NCBI RefSeq assembly: GCF_009914755.1
Contig: NC_060926.1
Source of the DNA: the human T2T-CHM13v2.0 reference genome, Homo sapiens
Length of the DNA stretch: 64,000 nt
Direction: 5' to 3' (one strand)
Made by a program: the position numbers and the translations under genes. This document shows, in pieces, positions 40,921 to 56,545 of this stretch. A model generated the notes under the pieces. That model made no database searches and had not been told where the DNA came from. It saw only the letters and a program-made list of their open reading frames with translations. The number at the start of each line of letters is the position of its first letter. The stretch's first letter is position 1.

Positions 40921-41359
40921 TAACAAAAAGATACACAGATTCTTAACTATTTGTGTATCTTTTTGCTTGTTTTTTGTTGTGATAGTCTTGGACTTTTTCA
41001 AATGTCATGAATCGGGGAAGGGATAAAAGGTATCATAATAGGCCTTCCAATTCCTACATCTGTTCTTTTTCCTTTCTTCCAGTTTGTATTTTCTTCTTCT
41101 TATTTTCTTGTTCCTCTTCATTTTCTTTGCTGCTGCTTCTGTTTCATCTTTCTATTCTTGTTTCTCTTCCTGTTTTTGTTTTCTTTATGCCAACCAATGG
41201 CCTTAACAAACAACAAACCAAAACTGAGTTAAAAAGAAACTACTTGTCCCTGTGGTGTATTTTTAAAATAACTGGTCCCTTACTGTGTTTTAGAGTTGAG
41301 GAAAAAAAATAGTTGCATAATTAGTTACACAAATAACTATGCTTTCATGATCCTGTTAA

Positions 41360-41500
41360 CCCACTTATGCAAAGAGTGTTCCATTATTGCAATGCTATGC
41401 ATGTGGGAGTTATTTGCTCCCTACTGCTCAAGGTCATCACCAAGGTCTGATTTTTCACTCAGCAAAAATTCAAAAAACTGCAACCTTCTGCACAAATGGG
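41360..41500 (-). mobile_element. MER85 (non-autonomous piggyBac, PGBD3-derived)
   Basis: 141 bp, CCCACTTATGC..GCACAAATGGG termini, TTAA on both sides. Confidence 0.88.
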
Positions 41501-41672
41501 TTAATGCATCATAAGTAGTTATTCGAGGAATCAAAAAATGAAGCATCACATAAAATATTGGTAGCAAACAGCCATTTCACCTCTCACAAATATTTGTCTG
41601 GAGCTATGCAAGAGGCTCAGGGGTAATAAGTTCCAATTTATGAGATTATTAAGTGAACCGTATCCCTTCATT

Positions 41673-42054
<382 letters not shown>

Positions 42055-42353
42055 TCATGAGATATAAGCTCCATAAGAATGGAGGCCTTGTCGGTTGTGT
42101 CCACTACTAGAGAAAACATCATTTTAGAGTCCAGAATAGTGCCTCACATATAGCAGAATTTCTCTAAATATTGATGAATTAATGGATGGAAATAGTTCAG
42201 CAAAGTTCAATACTTGATTTCTAGTAAACGTTCTTATATAATAAATGGTAGATACTATTAGTAATAATATTCATAACACAAAGTGCCTATTGTATACACT
42301 GTACTTGTTGTCTGTCTTGTATTTTTATTAGATCTTTATAAAAACATCTTATG

Positions 42354-42624
42354 GGCCAGGTGCAGTGGCTAACGCCTGTAATCCCAACACTTTGGGAGGC
42401 TGAGGCGGGCAGATCACAAGGTCATGAGATCGAGACCATCCTGGCTAACACGGTGAAACCCCGTCTCTACTAAAAATACAAAAAATTAGCCGGGCATGGT
42501 GGTGGGTGCCTGTAGTCCCAGCTACTCGGGAGGCTGAGGTAGGAGAATGGTATGAACCTGGGAGGCAGAGTTTGCAGCCAGCCTGGGTGACAGAGCGAGA
42601 CTCTGTCTCAAAAAAAAAAAAAAA
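42354..42624 (+). mobile_element. AluY with right-arm deletion
   Basis: TTTGCAG joined directly to CCAGCCTGGG. Confidence 0.92.
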
Positions 42625-42759
42625 GCTTATGGTAAAATTATCATCTGCACTGTACAGATCAGGACGTAAGGACAGGCTGAGTGGTGAGCTCAACTTAACT
42701 AGTGGTGGAGCAAATCTAGATAAACTGAGTTCTTAACCTCTATGCTGTGCAAATAATTA

Positions 42760-42960
42760 CAATAATGATGATGATGTTGGCGATGATAAGGATGATGGTG
42801 ATGATAGTGATGGTAATTATGATGGTGATGATGGTGAAGATGATGGTGATGTTGGTGAGTATGGTGATGTGATGTTGGTGATGATGGTTAATGCTGGTGA
42901 TGACAGTGATGGGGGTCATGGTAGTGATGATGGTGATGATGATGATGAAGATCACAAAGT
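42760..42960. repeat. (GAT/GGT)n low-complexity trinucleotide tract
   Basis: Direct inspection. Confidence 0.9.
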
Positions 42961-45799
42961 TGAAGAAGCAGCAGGAAGAGGCAGCCATGAACTTGCTCCT
43001 AACGCTGGTTCTATCAACATAGTTAGGAAACATAATATATAGTTTCTAATCTCCTGTGTAATTTCTGGCCATAGTTGCCCTCTGGCAAGGAGCAAGATGC
43101 AGACAAGCCATAGCTAAACGAACTCAAGAAGGCATCAGGCTGTATCACTAGGTCACCCTAGCTGGTGTTGCAAGATTCCAGATGATGGTGAGGCTTCAGG
43201 ATTCAGGAGCTAGCTCACTGAAGAAAGAGCATGGCAAGATCTGAGCAGAGTATCAGAGCCCTAACCAAGTCAGCCACAGGTTAGGACAGGGCCAGAGACT
43301 CACCAGGAAATGGAGAGCCAAGTAGAGAAACCAAGGCAGCTATCCAAGAATAAGACATCATTCAATGGGTGGAAGACTTTTGCAAAGTCAAAATTGAATA
43401 GAACTGTGGATGCCCATGGCTGCTCCTTGCACACACGAGAATTTATTCATCGCAAAACGTTTATAACACATCTGTGTGCTAACACTGGGGACACAACAAA
43501 AATGAAACAACCCAGCTCACGCTCTCGTGTACTTCAAATTCTAGTTGATGCAGTACAAAACATCCTAATAAATAAGCAAGGTAGTTCTAGATTGTGGTAA
43601 GAGTAATGAAGTAAATAGACATGATCATGTGAAGAATGAGTGGGAAAAGTACTTCAGATAGAGTCATTTGAATATAACTCTTTGAGAAAGTCAGAATTTG
43701 ATCTTCAACAGGGCACCCTGGATACCAGATCCAAAGCATTAAAACTAATTCTAGATGCTTCTGGCTGGTAGTCTGAAGCTGTTAAATGGCCCTGTAGCTC
43801 AAGCCAGGACAGCCCCAAAAAGATCAGGGATGTTAATAGCCCCTGAAGGTAGAAACAGAGGAAGCAGGAGAATGGGGCACAGCAGACCTATACTGCACAC
43901 TTTAGATTTGTTAATTAATCCAACCTCCTTTGCAATCCTATGAGTTAGGCATTAATTGCTCTTTTACAGATGAGAATACTGAGATGCAGAGAGGTCACCT
44001 TTTTTGCATAACTCTTTTATAGCACAGCTTAGATGTGAATCTAAGTTTAAATGACTCCAGTGATAATTCTATTTCCATTATACCGGGGGAAATATAATTC
44101 CCCTAGCTGAGTGAAAGGGACACTTATTCTCAGGCTTTTAATGCTGAGAAGAGTTGTTTCTATATCCTCATGAAAGAGGAGGTTGTAGAGCCTCACATTC
44201 AAGGAAAAGATAATGTTAGAAGTATGAACCCATAGGGACTTTTATGACTGTCTCAGAGAGGATGTGAGGCTTCTCATGCATAATAGCTGAGAAGTCTGGA
44301 AGATTCTGGAAACTTTGTCAAGGCCCCATATTTGCAAAATTATTTCTTCTTCATGGGGTAATACATGGTGTTCTGCAGTAAACACATTTTGGAGAAAGAG
44401 CTAGTGAGATATCTTCTGGAGGAGTGCATGGGGCTGAAATACAGTGAGAAACTGGGAAACTATTGAGATGGGACCCTGTTGTACATCAGAGTGAGGGAGA
44501 GTCCCAAAGGAGGTGAAGGCAACCCAGCCAGGCTCAGGGCCTGTGTTTGAAGAAGTTCAGCAGCTTCAAGTTACCTAAAAGAAATACAACAAAAAGGGAA
44601 GGCACTGTTACAGAAAGGAGTATGAAAATAAATGAATTGATCCATGTAAACACTTAACATATCTGTTGAGAGATGAAAACCCTGAGCTAGGACACTTACA
44701 TTCATTAACTTTTTTAACTTTCGTGATAACCACATTGAGTACACTTTTTCCTATTTTATATAGCATGAAGCTGAGTCCCAGAGTGGTCAAATTAATGGCT
44801 GCTGAGTAGTGTAAAGACTTTGTTCAGAGTCACAGAACTAGTATGTGTTGAACCTGGAATTCAGACCCTGGTGTGCCTCCAAGACCTTAGTTCTTTCACC
44901 CATACCAAATAACTCCACTAGAAAGGGAGCAGAGTCAGTCTTCTGTGATGCCTCATGGTAATCATTGCTTTCTTTTCCAAGGGTTCATATCCTTTTATAA
45001 CCCAATCAAGGACCATGCCCCTGAATTATATAAATTTCTCAGTCTATTGCTTGCAAAACTCACTTTGTTCCTTTTTTTGTCCATCGTCAAATCACTGACA
45101 TCTCACCGAGTTATCATAAGACAAATAGTAACAGTGAATAATTATCAGAGCAACTATAATAACAGAGACCTCAAAGTCTTTCTCAACTCCCCCTCTCCTC
45201 CATATTTTTGACCTGAGAATCCTATCTCTTAAACCCGTTATCCTGTTGTTTTCTTCCTTTCATGCCCTTCTCATCTCTCACCTGTAGGTCAACGGGCCTC
45301 ACTCCATCCAGGTCATCTCGCTACTCATCATCCACACCAGGGTCCATCTTTCAAAGACGGAGTCATGACTACTCCCTCCCCTGTTTAGCACCCTTTGTGG
45401 CCTTGCCATCACCTCTGACTACCAGATTCCTTCACTATCTGTCCTGTAAGTCCTGGAAGACATGATCTTGGGATCTGGCCTTTGTCCCTCTTTCCAAAAA
45501 TGTTTCTTCTCATCCCTGTATAGGTGCTCAAAACACTGGCTACCAAAATGGGCCCTGTGACCCTCTCTAATACATTTAAATGGAGAACTCCTTCTGCCTT
45601 GAACACACAATCCTATACCTTGAACCAGCTCACTTCTTGAGAGCCAAAGGTTTGCCTCCTCCTGGATGTCTTCCCTGATTACACTGTTTTAGGTACTCTA
45701 CCTTTGCACCCCCATAGTGCTCTGTGCTACACCTATCCCTTTGCTGATACTTCCTGTGCTTATTGGAAATATTGTTCGGCAAATATCCAGTCGCTTGCC

Positions 45800-46230
45800 C
45801 TCCCACTGTTGGAGAGTAGGGTATAGGTTCCTGCCCCACTGAGGCTGGGCTTGGCCATATGACCTATTTTGGCCAATGGAATGTTAGCAGGGATGATATA
45901 AGCAGAGGCTTAAATGTGCTTGCATGATTGGGCTTGCCCTCCTGCGCTCCTATGATACGTTATGAGAACAGAATGCCCTGAGTAGTTGCTGATCCTTTAG
46001 CCTGGCTGCAGAACGAATCCACAGGGAACAGACATGAACCAAGCCCTCAGCCTGGAGCCAAACCAGCTTATTGGTCATGTAAAACAGGAGTGACTAGCTG
46101 AGTTCAGCCCTAGAGTATTCTTGTCCTAAAATATTCCAAGCTGGAATATTCTCATAGACCTGAAAATATGAGAAGACATAGTTGTTGAAGGCCAGTGGTT
46201 TACCACACAGGACTACATTTCAATTGACAA
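45800..46230 (+). mobile_element. MLT1-type MaLR LTR
   Basis: GGGCTTGGCCATATGACCTATTTTGGCCAATGGAATGTTAGCAG motif. Confidence 0.7.
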
Positions 46231-46328
46231 CAAATATTTATTTTTTTACCTGCTTTTTCCCCTCTCTAAAGCTATGAACAACTGAAGGGCAAAGACTGTC
46301 TCTCATACATATAAGACTACACCTTCTT

Positions 46329-46693
<365 letters not shown>

Positions 46694-48170
46694 TTAAAGA
46701 AAGAAGGGAGGGAGAAGGAAAGAGAAGGAGGAGGGTAGAAGAGAAGAAGGCAAGGGGAAGGAAAAGAGAAAGGAAAGAAAGAAGGAAAGAATGATGATAT
46801 TCTCAGTAAAGTGCCCAAGCCTTTGTTAAAATAGCCTTTCATTGGTACTTGAATTTAATGATTAAACCCCATGCCAACAAAACTGTCAGAAAAGATACAG
46901 AAAGGAAGAAATAAAGTGAAAAGTTACCAAAATGACCATAAATCAACCTAAATTCATTCCAGAAAGACTGAAACTAGGCTACTTCACCATCTTCAAGGCT
47001 GTCCAGGTCCTACAAAAATGAAGTTACTTCTAGCAGTGGTTGGACATCAATTGACACAATGACATCTACTGAAGAAGACGAAGAGGGTAATCAGAGAAGA
47101 GTGGGCAAGAGCCGTGAGGCAGAGATTCTTCTGGGGCCACAGCAGTAACCATCGCGGACATGATCTCCTGCTTCCCTTGCCTATCCTGCCCAGGTGGGGA
47201 TGATTGACATTGAGTGCCATACGTAAAAGTTGAGTGGGCATCAGTGAGAGGGAATTTATGACAAACAGCAGGTGTGTTAAAGTCAGGATTTCATACTTGC
47301 TGATGATTTGGCATGAACTATCTTCCTTAAGCCTTCTCGTTTGTAGAAATAATTTTTACTTTTATTTTCATCTTTCCTGACACCTTAGGAAAGACAGCAC
47401 CAAGTTCAAATTTCTGATCCAAAGGTTTTTCAGTTTTCAAGACTGTACTTTATCCAGACAAGGAAGATAAAAAATTATTCAAACTTTCCTTAGAGGTTCC
47501 CTAATAGCCTCCCCAATGGCTGCCCAGTCTCCCACCCAAATACCCTTCCTAGGTAGGGAGAATAATGTGTCGGCAGCTGTGGAGACCCCTGCCTTCTGCT
47601 GTTCTGGACAGGGGCTGCTTGCCCTTGGTATACCCAGCAGGTCCAGGCAGCAATGAATAAGAACAGGGATTTCAGAGAGTGTTCTATTTGGGTTTGAATT
47701 CCAGTATTGCCATTTACTTGATGATTGACCTTGGCAGGTTATGTACCCTGGGCTTCAGTGTCCTTACCAGTAAGTATAAAAGCACCTGCTCCTTTGGTGC
47801 CCATTTCCCATTCCTCTTCTTCTGGTGCTGGCACCCTGACCCTCTTCAATGTGACATGCTGCCTCTACACCTTTGGCCTTCTGCACATGCTGTCCCTTTG
47901 CCTTTCTTATACTCCCTTTTCTAGATACTCCAAACCTTCCCATCCCACACTCCTCTCACTGGCTTCCTCTGCAGCAGACTCCTATTCAGTGCCAGGATCC
48001 TGCCTCCTTCAGGAAGCCTCCTCTCCTCCACTGGACCATACGTTCTGTGAGGAAGGAACAACATCAGTCCTGGGCAACAGTGCCCAGCATAGGGCCCTGA
48101 AGCATTGCAGATCCATATTCATTGTTTCTGAAAGAATAAGAAAGGAACAATTCTGGAATATGACTGTAGG

Positions 48171-48174
<4 letters not shown>

Positions 48175-48210
<36 letters not shown>
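48175..48210. repeat. (TG)n microsatellite
   Basis: Direct inspection. Confidence 0.9.
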
Positions 48211-48212
<2 letters not shown>

Positions 48213-49462
48213 CTGTGCGTGCATGTGCATGCAGATATTTGGATTCCATGGCGATCCTCCCCAAGATTCTGGCAATAGCACAGATGTGGATACCCTCTTC
48301 TCAGCTTGGCCTGGCTTCTCATCTCCTTCCCGCTGCCTTTCTTCACTAACAATCTATTCCAGGTAGCCTTCTTCTCTAGCATGCTCCTGTTTCTCAGCTG
48401 GGGCTCCTGCTCTCCATTCCCTCTGCTTTGTTACGCTAGTGAGTTGTGATGTACACATTGGAAACTTCAGGTACTCTCTTCAACCCTATTCTAAAAATCC
48501 TAGAGCTGGAGCTCATCAAATAACAGCAACAGCTAACACTTAATTGGTCTCTGGCTATGTTCCAGGCACTTTCAAATGTGTATTCCCTCCTTGAATCTCC
48601 ACACAACTCTCCATGTTAGGTAGTATTATTACCTTTATATCCCCAGTTAATAGACTATGACTCTAAAGGCCAGAGAGTTTAAGCATCTTGCCAAAGTTCA
48701 TAAAGCTAGCAGGTGGTGCGGCTAGGGTTCCACATGGTTTATCAATCGTCTGTACTATCTTTTGTGGTTTATCAATGGTCTGTACTATCTTTTGGCCAAA
48801 AGAGTGGACACCTTGCCCCCTTCTTCCACCATTCAGTCTCTCATCTTGTTCCTTGCAGTTTTCAAAGAGCTTAGGTTTGATACTCATACCCTCAATGCCT
48901 TTTCTGGCTCTATTTTCTTCCAGCTCTGTTCTGCTGCTAGATACTTGACAATGTCTCTCCAGTGTCTGACCTTGACCTGTGGTTCAGACTAGGGGAATCC
49001 CAACCTGGTTTTTGGCTTCTGTTTAGAACTTGTCTGGCCTGGTGTAACCCTGGCAGTCATTCAACTCAAGGTCATGGCTATTCTCTGTCACAGTTCCTCC
49101 TTTCTGACCCTTTGGATACCAAATCCACTTGCTTACACTTATTATACCTCCATCCCACCCATTAGAATTGGGAATATCTGTCTATGGCTTCTATGCCCCT
49201 CACTCCCTCTGGATTCCCTGTATAGGCACCCTTTTCCCTGCCAAGTGTCCTAAGCAAACATCACAGACTCTGAGTCTTATTATGAAAAGAGCAATTATTA
49301 TAGAAATAAGAGATTACCATCTGCCATGTACTGAGCAAAGGGGTTTACATATATTAACTCATCTGACCCTCCCATTGGCATTCTGTGAGATGGAGGTAAC
49401 ACAATTCTGTATTAAAGGTGAGGGGGCTGAGATTCAGAGAAGTAAAAGAATGGCATGTTTTA

Positions 49463-49754
<292 letters not shown>

Positions 49755-50659
49755 GCATGTTTTATGTGGCAGAGCCTGGTTTAAACTCCCAACCCGTAAG
49801 ACTCCCAAGTCTGTGCTCTATGCTACCATCATCTGAACCCAAACAGACCCTTGCACTGGGGTTGGGCTCCCCTTCCTCTCCTGACCTTTCCTGCTGGTTC
49901 CTCAACTCCAACCAGCATCATCTTTCCTCTGATGTCATCTTCTGTTCTTTGACCACACCCTTCCATCCTAAAGGACATGGTCTGAGGCTTCTTCCAAATT
50001 CTACTGCTAAAGTGTCTCTTATTTCTGTGAAGGGACAAACTAGAAATGACAGAGTAACAAAGGAAGGGAAGTGGCTGTTTCCAGAAACTCCTGGAGGTTT
50101 AGGCCATTGCCTGTGCCGTTTGCCATCTTGTCACTGGTTTGTCCCTGGCCTGGCCATTGGAAGCTCACTAGGGCTTGAGTCCTTTCAGTTTGGGAATCAT
50201 CACACTCCTCCCTCTTCTCAATATTGCCTTCCCTTACAGTATGGGCAGATGACACCCTCTTCTCAATCATTCAGCATATTCAGTCAGCAGTAAAATGTTT
50301 TTGAGGTTTGTAGAGTTCCTCCTTTGTGCCTTAGCTTTCACCAGGTTGTTCTTAGCAGAGTTGGAAAGGACCAAGTAAGAACAGGCAATCACAAAGCCAC
50401 ATGATAAGGTGTCAGATAGACCTGAGTTCAAATTTGAGCTCCTTCACTTATTCACAACACATCCCTTAAGGAACTTAATCTATTTATCTAAGTCTCAGTT
50501 AATAAACTGAGACTACTCTCTATCCTGTTCAGAGTAGGGAAGATAGAGCATGGAGATAGTATTTACCTTATAGGGTAGTTGTGATATAATGCATATAAAA
50601 GCACTCATCTCAGTGACAGACACATAAAAAGGGCTCAATAATAATCGTAATAAATTGCT

Positions 50660-50865
50660 GTGAAAATGATGGTGGTTATGATGGTGGTACTGATGGTGTT
50701 GGTAGTGATAGTGGAGGTGGTGATGGTAGTGATGATGGTGGCAATGATGGTTGTTGTTGGTGGTGGTGGTATTGGTGATGATGGTGATGGTTGTGTGGTG
50801 ACACTGGTGATGATGATGATGGTGGTGACAGTGGTGATGGTGGTGATGATCATGGTGGTGGTGAA
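50660..50865. repeat. (TGG/TGA)n low-complexity tract
   Basis: Direct inspection. Confidence 0.9.
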
Positions 50866-51078
50866 CACAGACAGAATCAGAGCACTCTGGAAACGGCATA
50901 GAGTTGGGAGTGAGAGGAAGGTGCTTAGTGGGAGTTGCCCAGAAATGAGTCCTAAAATGAGTTTTTAAAATAAGAACAAGCAAAAGAGTTGAAGCAGAAA
51001 GTTGGGTCAAAAGTAAAAGGGTATTTTAGGCAGGAGAAGATACTTTGCAAAAGGTAAGAAGGTAGAGAAACCATGTAA

Positions 51079-51452
<374 letters not shown>

Positions 51453-51874
51453 CTTTTCCAACTTTTGAATCAGATTTGACTCTTGCTTCTCATACTCCCG
51501 GGTTTCTATTTCCAGCCCCTGGAGTCATTCAGAAGATATCACGCCTTTTTTCTGGAATTATATTTCTGCTATCTGGGGTGGGGGTGCCTTGTGACTCAGC
51601 CCCCCAGGGCTAAGGGTCAGGCTGAAATGTGCCTGAACTCAAATGGACTGGAGGAGGACAGGCACCCAGAGGAGAGACAGCTGCTTGGATGTCTAGGGTC
51701 CCTTGGGACAAAGCTGCCTCCTGTGACTAAGGTGCCAGATTTCAGGACTCGGGGGTCCAGGGTGCAGAGGCCTGGGCTCCTGCATGCCTGCAGCAGTCAC
51801 CTGGCTTGTCCACATGAACTGCCTGCGTCCCTCCTCTCTGTGCCTGCATGTCCTGGGATCCAAGGCTGTGGCAC

Positions 51875-52345
51875 CCTCAGCAACTCCATCTCCATGTGGT
51901 AGCTCACAAGGTCAGGGTGCTGGCGGCACGTGCAGCACTGCAGGTTGTTTGTAGCAATAGAGAAGGGCTGGGCAGTGGTGTCCAGGAGGTGCTCCAGCCG
52001 CTGCTTCTGGACCAGCAGCAGGTCTGACTCTTTGCCAGCACCTCCACCTCACGCTGCAGCTCCGACTTCCAGCCGTGGAATCCCGCAGGTGCTCACTCAC
52101 CCTGACGTGGAGTCCCATACCACACCTGTGCCTGGGTCTGGGCTGCCAGTTGCTGGCTCTCGGGCCACTACCACTCTGACTGCTGGCAGTCTGACTGCTG
52201 GTGATCTGCGAAGGCCTGGTGGCAGTGGCCATAGCAGTTCTAGAACCACTCGTCCAGCAGGTGGTTGGCTGAGCCCGCAGTGGCCAGGCCTGAGGAGTGC
52301 AGTCACCTGTGTTGCAAGCCACGTAGTCCATCTTACAGGGGCGGC
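51875..52345 (-). pseudogene. TEKT4: TEKT4 pseudogene, exon 1
   Basis: With frameshifts: SSGLATA..HLLDEWF*NCYGHCHQAFAD..ESQQLAAQTQA..HGWKSELQREVEVLA..DLLLVQKQRLEHLLDTTAQPFSIATNNLQC..HPDLV..MELLR, then GT donor; matches recalled TEKT4 N-terminus. Confidence 0.9.
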
Positions 52346-53604
52346 AAAGTCTGTGGTGCCAGGTGCATAGTCAGGAGCACATCCATCTACACTGTGGTGC
52401 CAGGCGCCCATCAGGGCTGGGGCAGTGAAGGGTGTGGTCAGCTGGGTGAAGTTAATGGGTCAGCTCCAGTTGCTCTGACCCAGAGAAGGATGTGCCTCCC
52501 TGTTGCCTGGGTGACACTGTACACACCAAGGGCCTTTTGTTGCTGGGCAATGGGGATCCCTCCCCTGGTGGCTGGAGGAGGGGCATTCAAGGTGGGCAGA
52601 ACTGCCCTCTTAAAGTGCCAGGCAGGCCCAGGCCCACCCTCCCTCCCCCTGCCATGAGCCAAGCAGCAGTGGCCAAGGGTTCTCTCCACCTAGAGGATCC
52701 TAGGGCGCTCTCTCCCCTTCTTTGGTTCATCCAATTGTTGTTCCAGGTTTGATATCTGATCCCATCCTGCGAGGAGCTCAGGGCTCAGGATGAACAGGAC
52801 AGAAGAGGCTCTGCCCACCTGCACCCCCATTGGGGCAGATGGGCTGTGGCTTTTGGGTGGGCCTCAGGGTGGGTGTTGTGGGTGCTGACTGGGACGGTGT
52901 TATCGTATATCTAAACATCTAAATCCTACAGCAGGGTGGCTGTTCCCCGTGCCCTAGTGGCCCCATACACCAGCGTTCAGAACCTGGGGGTGGGGTCAGG
53001 AAGGCCCTGGAGGCCCCCACACTCCTTTCCACACTCTGCTTGCATTCCCCCAGGGACGGGGTGCTCCTTCTTCATGGAAACCCTGAGGGACCCCCCACAG
53101 TGTGATCCCACTTTCAGGGTCTGCCAGCCAGAGAGTGGGGCCCTCAGGCCACGTGCAGCCTGCTGGGTCTCAGCCTCACAGGCTCCCAGGTGCTGGCAGC
53201 CCACTGAGCCCCAGGTCAGGGGGTGTCCATGAGAGTTCCTTGGGCAGAGTCCAGAGATGGGGAGGGCAGGGCTGAGGTCACCCCAGGCACTCGGCAGCCA
53301 CCAGGAGGTAGGGGCCCTGTGATGGGTGTTCCTGTGGCAGGGATGATTGGAGGGACAGAGTTGCCTGCTCAGGGGCTGAGAGGCAGTCATGAGACCATAG
53401 AAGGGGACCTTGAACACTGGGTGGCCCCAGGGAGGTTTTGGTTTTTTGGCATAACTTTGTTGCCCTGGAGAATGGGGAGGCCTTGGAGTTAATTCAGCTG
53501 GGAACTGAGGAGCAGCAGATAAGAATAAGGGTGCTTGGACTAGACCCCAAAGGTCCTGCAGGAGGAAAGAAGAAAGGAGCACTGCCCTGGTCAGCTGGCT
53601 CTGG

Positions 53605-53763
53605 GACTCAGCCCAGTGGGATGAAACCTGACAGCTGTAGCAGCTGAGCAAGAGTAGCGCCTCTGTGAACCAGGTCATGGTGGACTCCTTTGTGCCCCTA
53701 TACTTTGCCAGTCTGCAGGGCCAGGCATGGTGCATGCAGCTACTGCTGGCTGCGGGGGCCTAG
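53605..53763 (+). pseudogene. ASB13: ASB13-like ankyrin-repeat pseudo-exon
   Basis: QL*QLSKSSASVNQVMVDSFVPLYFASLQGQAWCMQLLLAAGA* then GTGAGT donor; recalled ASB13: QLQQLIESGACVNQVTVDSITPLHAASLQGQARCVQLLLAAGAQ. Confidence 0.75.
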
Positions 53764-54067
53764 GTGAGTGGCCCTTCCGGACAGAACCCCCAGACCCACT
53801 GAAGCTGCCAGAATGGAGAAGATTAGCTCAGGTGCACTCTGCGGGGAGGAAAAGAAGTAAAGGGTGGTCAGCATTCTGTGATATGCAAGCTCACAGCCTT
53901 ACCAGAGCCCATTGAGGGGACTTCAGAGGAAAGGCAGGAGGGGGCAGAACAGGGTGTGCTTGGAGCTGAGGGAGGAGAGACTACACCTGGTCCACTGCAC
54001 AGGGGGAGCAGGAAGCCCAGGGCTTGGCTGTCAGGAGGTCATGGAGGCTGAAGGAAAGGCAGTCTGA

Positions 54068-54690
<623 letters not shown>

Positions 54691-56063
54691 TTAGCAGCTG
54701 GCTCTGCTGAGCAGCAAATACTGGCCCTGTACACCCCTGGACAATTTCTAACGGATTCCCCCCTGCCCCCCATCTCAGAGTTCAAAGGGTGAGGAGGAAG
54801 TGAAGACAGTGGGAGTACTGTTTACTCTTCCCAAAAGCTTGGAATGGAAAAAGTGCCAGAGTGTACCCAAATAGAAGCTGAATTTGTACAAATTCTAAGT
54901 AGAATTTGCCAATTTGAGGGGCTGCCTTTTTCCTGGCCCCTCTCTGTTATGCTAGAGAAGGTGTGGTCAGTGATCTCAGGCAGTCCTTCCTGTTGGGGCT
55001 TGAGTTTTTATTGACTGCCTCTCTCCCAGCTTGGAACCTAGGGCTCCTCTGTCCTGCTCTGTTTTTAGTAGGTGTTAGGGGTAGGGCTAGTGAGGGGGAA
55101 GCTGAGCTTATCCTGTCCTGACACAAAATAACCCCAAATGGGATGGCTTCTACACTCAGGAGGCTATGGGTGCTCCCCTTAGCTCTGGGAAGCTGAGCCA
55201 CAAGGCATCCCCACCCCAAGGATGCTCCTGGCTGAAACAGTTGCTTCAGAGGTGGAAACCCAGGCCTGGGCCATCACTGCAGGTGTGGACAGGTGGGGTG
55301 GGCTGGGAGCCACTGCTCTCATTCATCCTATACAGAGCCCTGGCCCCAACGATCTGCACCCCCAGGTCCCCTCTTTTCCGAATGTCCTTTGTCCCTTCCG
55401 AATCCACAACTTGTCCATGGGGCAGCCCCATAGGATGAGGGAGTTCCCCAGTCCTGACCCCAGTGCTAGCTCTGAAGAATTCTGTCACCTCTCAGAACCT
55501 GGGACCTCCCTGTGAACGCACTGTAGGCCTGTGGACATTCATGAAAGATGTGGGTTGGGAGCAGCTGGTCCGGGGCCTCAGGGAGCCCCTTTGTTGCACC
55601 CCCAAACTCAGGCCAAAACCTTGAGTCCCTCCCTCCCCCTCATGCCTTCCCTCTTCCCTGCCTTCCTTTCCCCCAGACCCCTCCCCCTGCACCCTCTCAG
55701 TGCTTCAAGAACTCCCTCAGCTCCTATGCAAAGGGCCAAGGGTGCCTGCCCAGTGATGGAAACACTGAGAGTGCAGGAACAGAGGCAAACTCACAGGACA
55801 GAGGGGCACAAGACTTGTGCCCTGGCACACAAGGAGGTATCCCGTGGTGGAGACGAAGACTCCAGTCACAGAGAAGAGGGTTGCTCCCATACACAGAAAA
55901 TGAAACTGTCCAGGCACTGAAAAGAAATGTGGGGTTCCCCTCCTGTTCTTGGTGTGAGGATAGCCTCTGTCAGCACAGAACCCCATGGGGCAGCCTGGAT
56001 AGGCATTTGGGCCCCATGGGTTGGGGTCCTCAGGGGGCTGTCCGGGGACCAGGGGCAGGCTGA

Positions 56064-56545
<482 letters not shown>

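Noticed and set aside
39200-40946. Gly/Ala-rich ORFs
   Set aside because: Degenerate repeat units of the REP522-like element.
50513-51010. Poly-His/Thr ORFs (also 42740-43033)
   Set aside because: Translations of trinucleotide low-complexity tracts.
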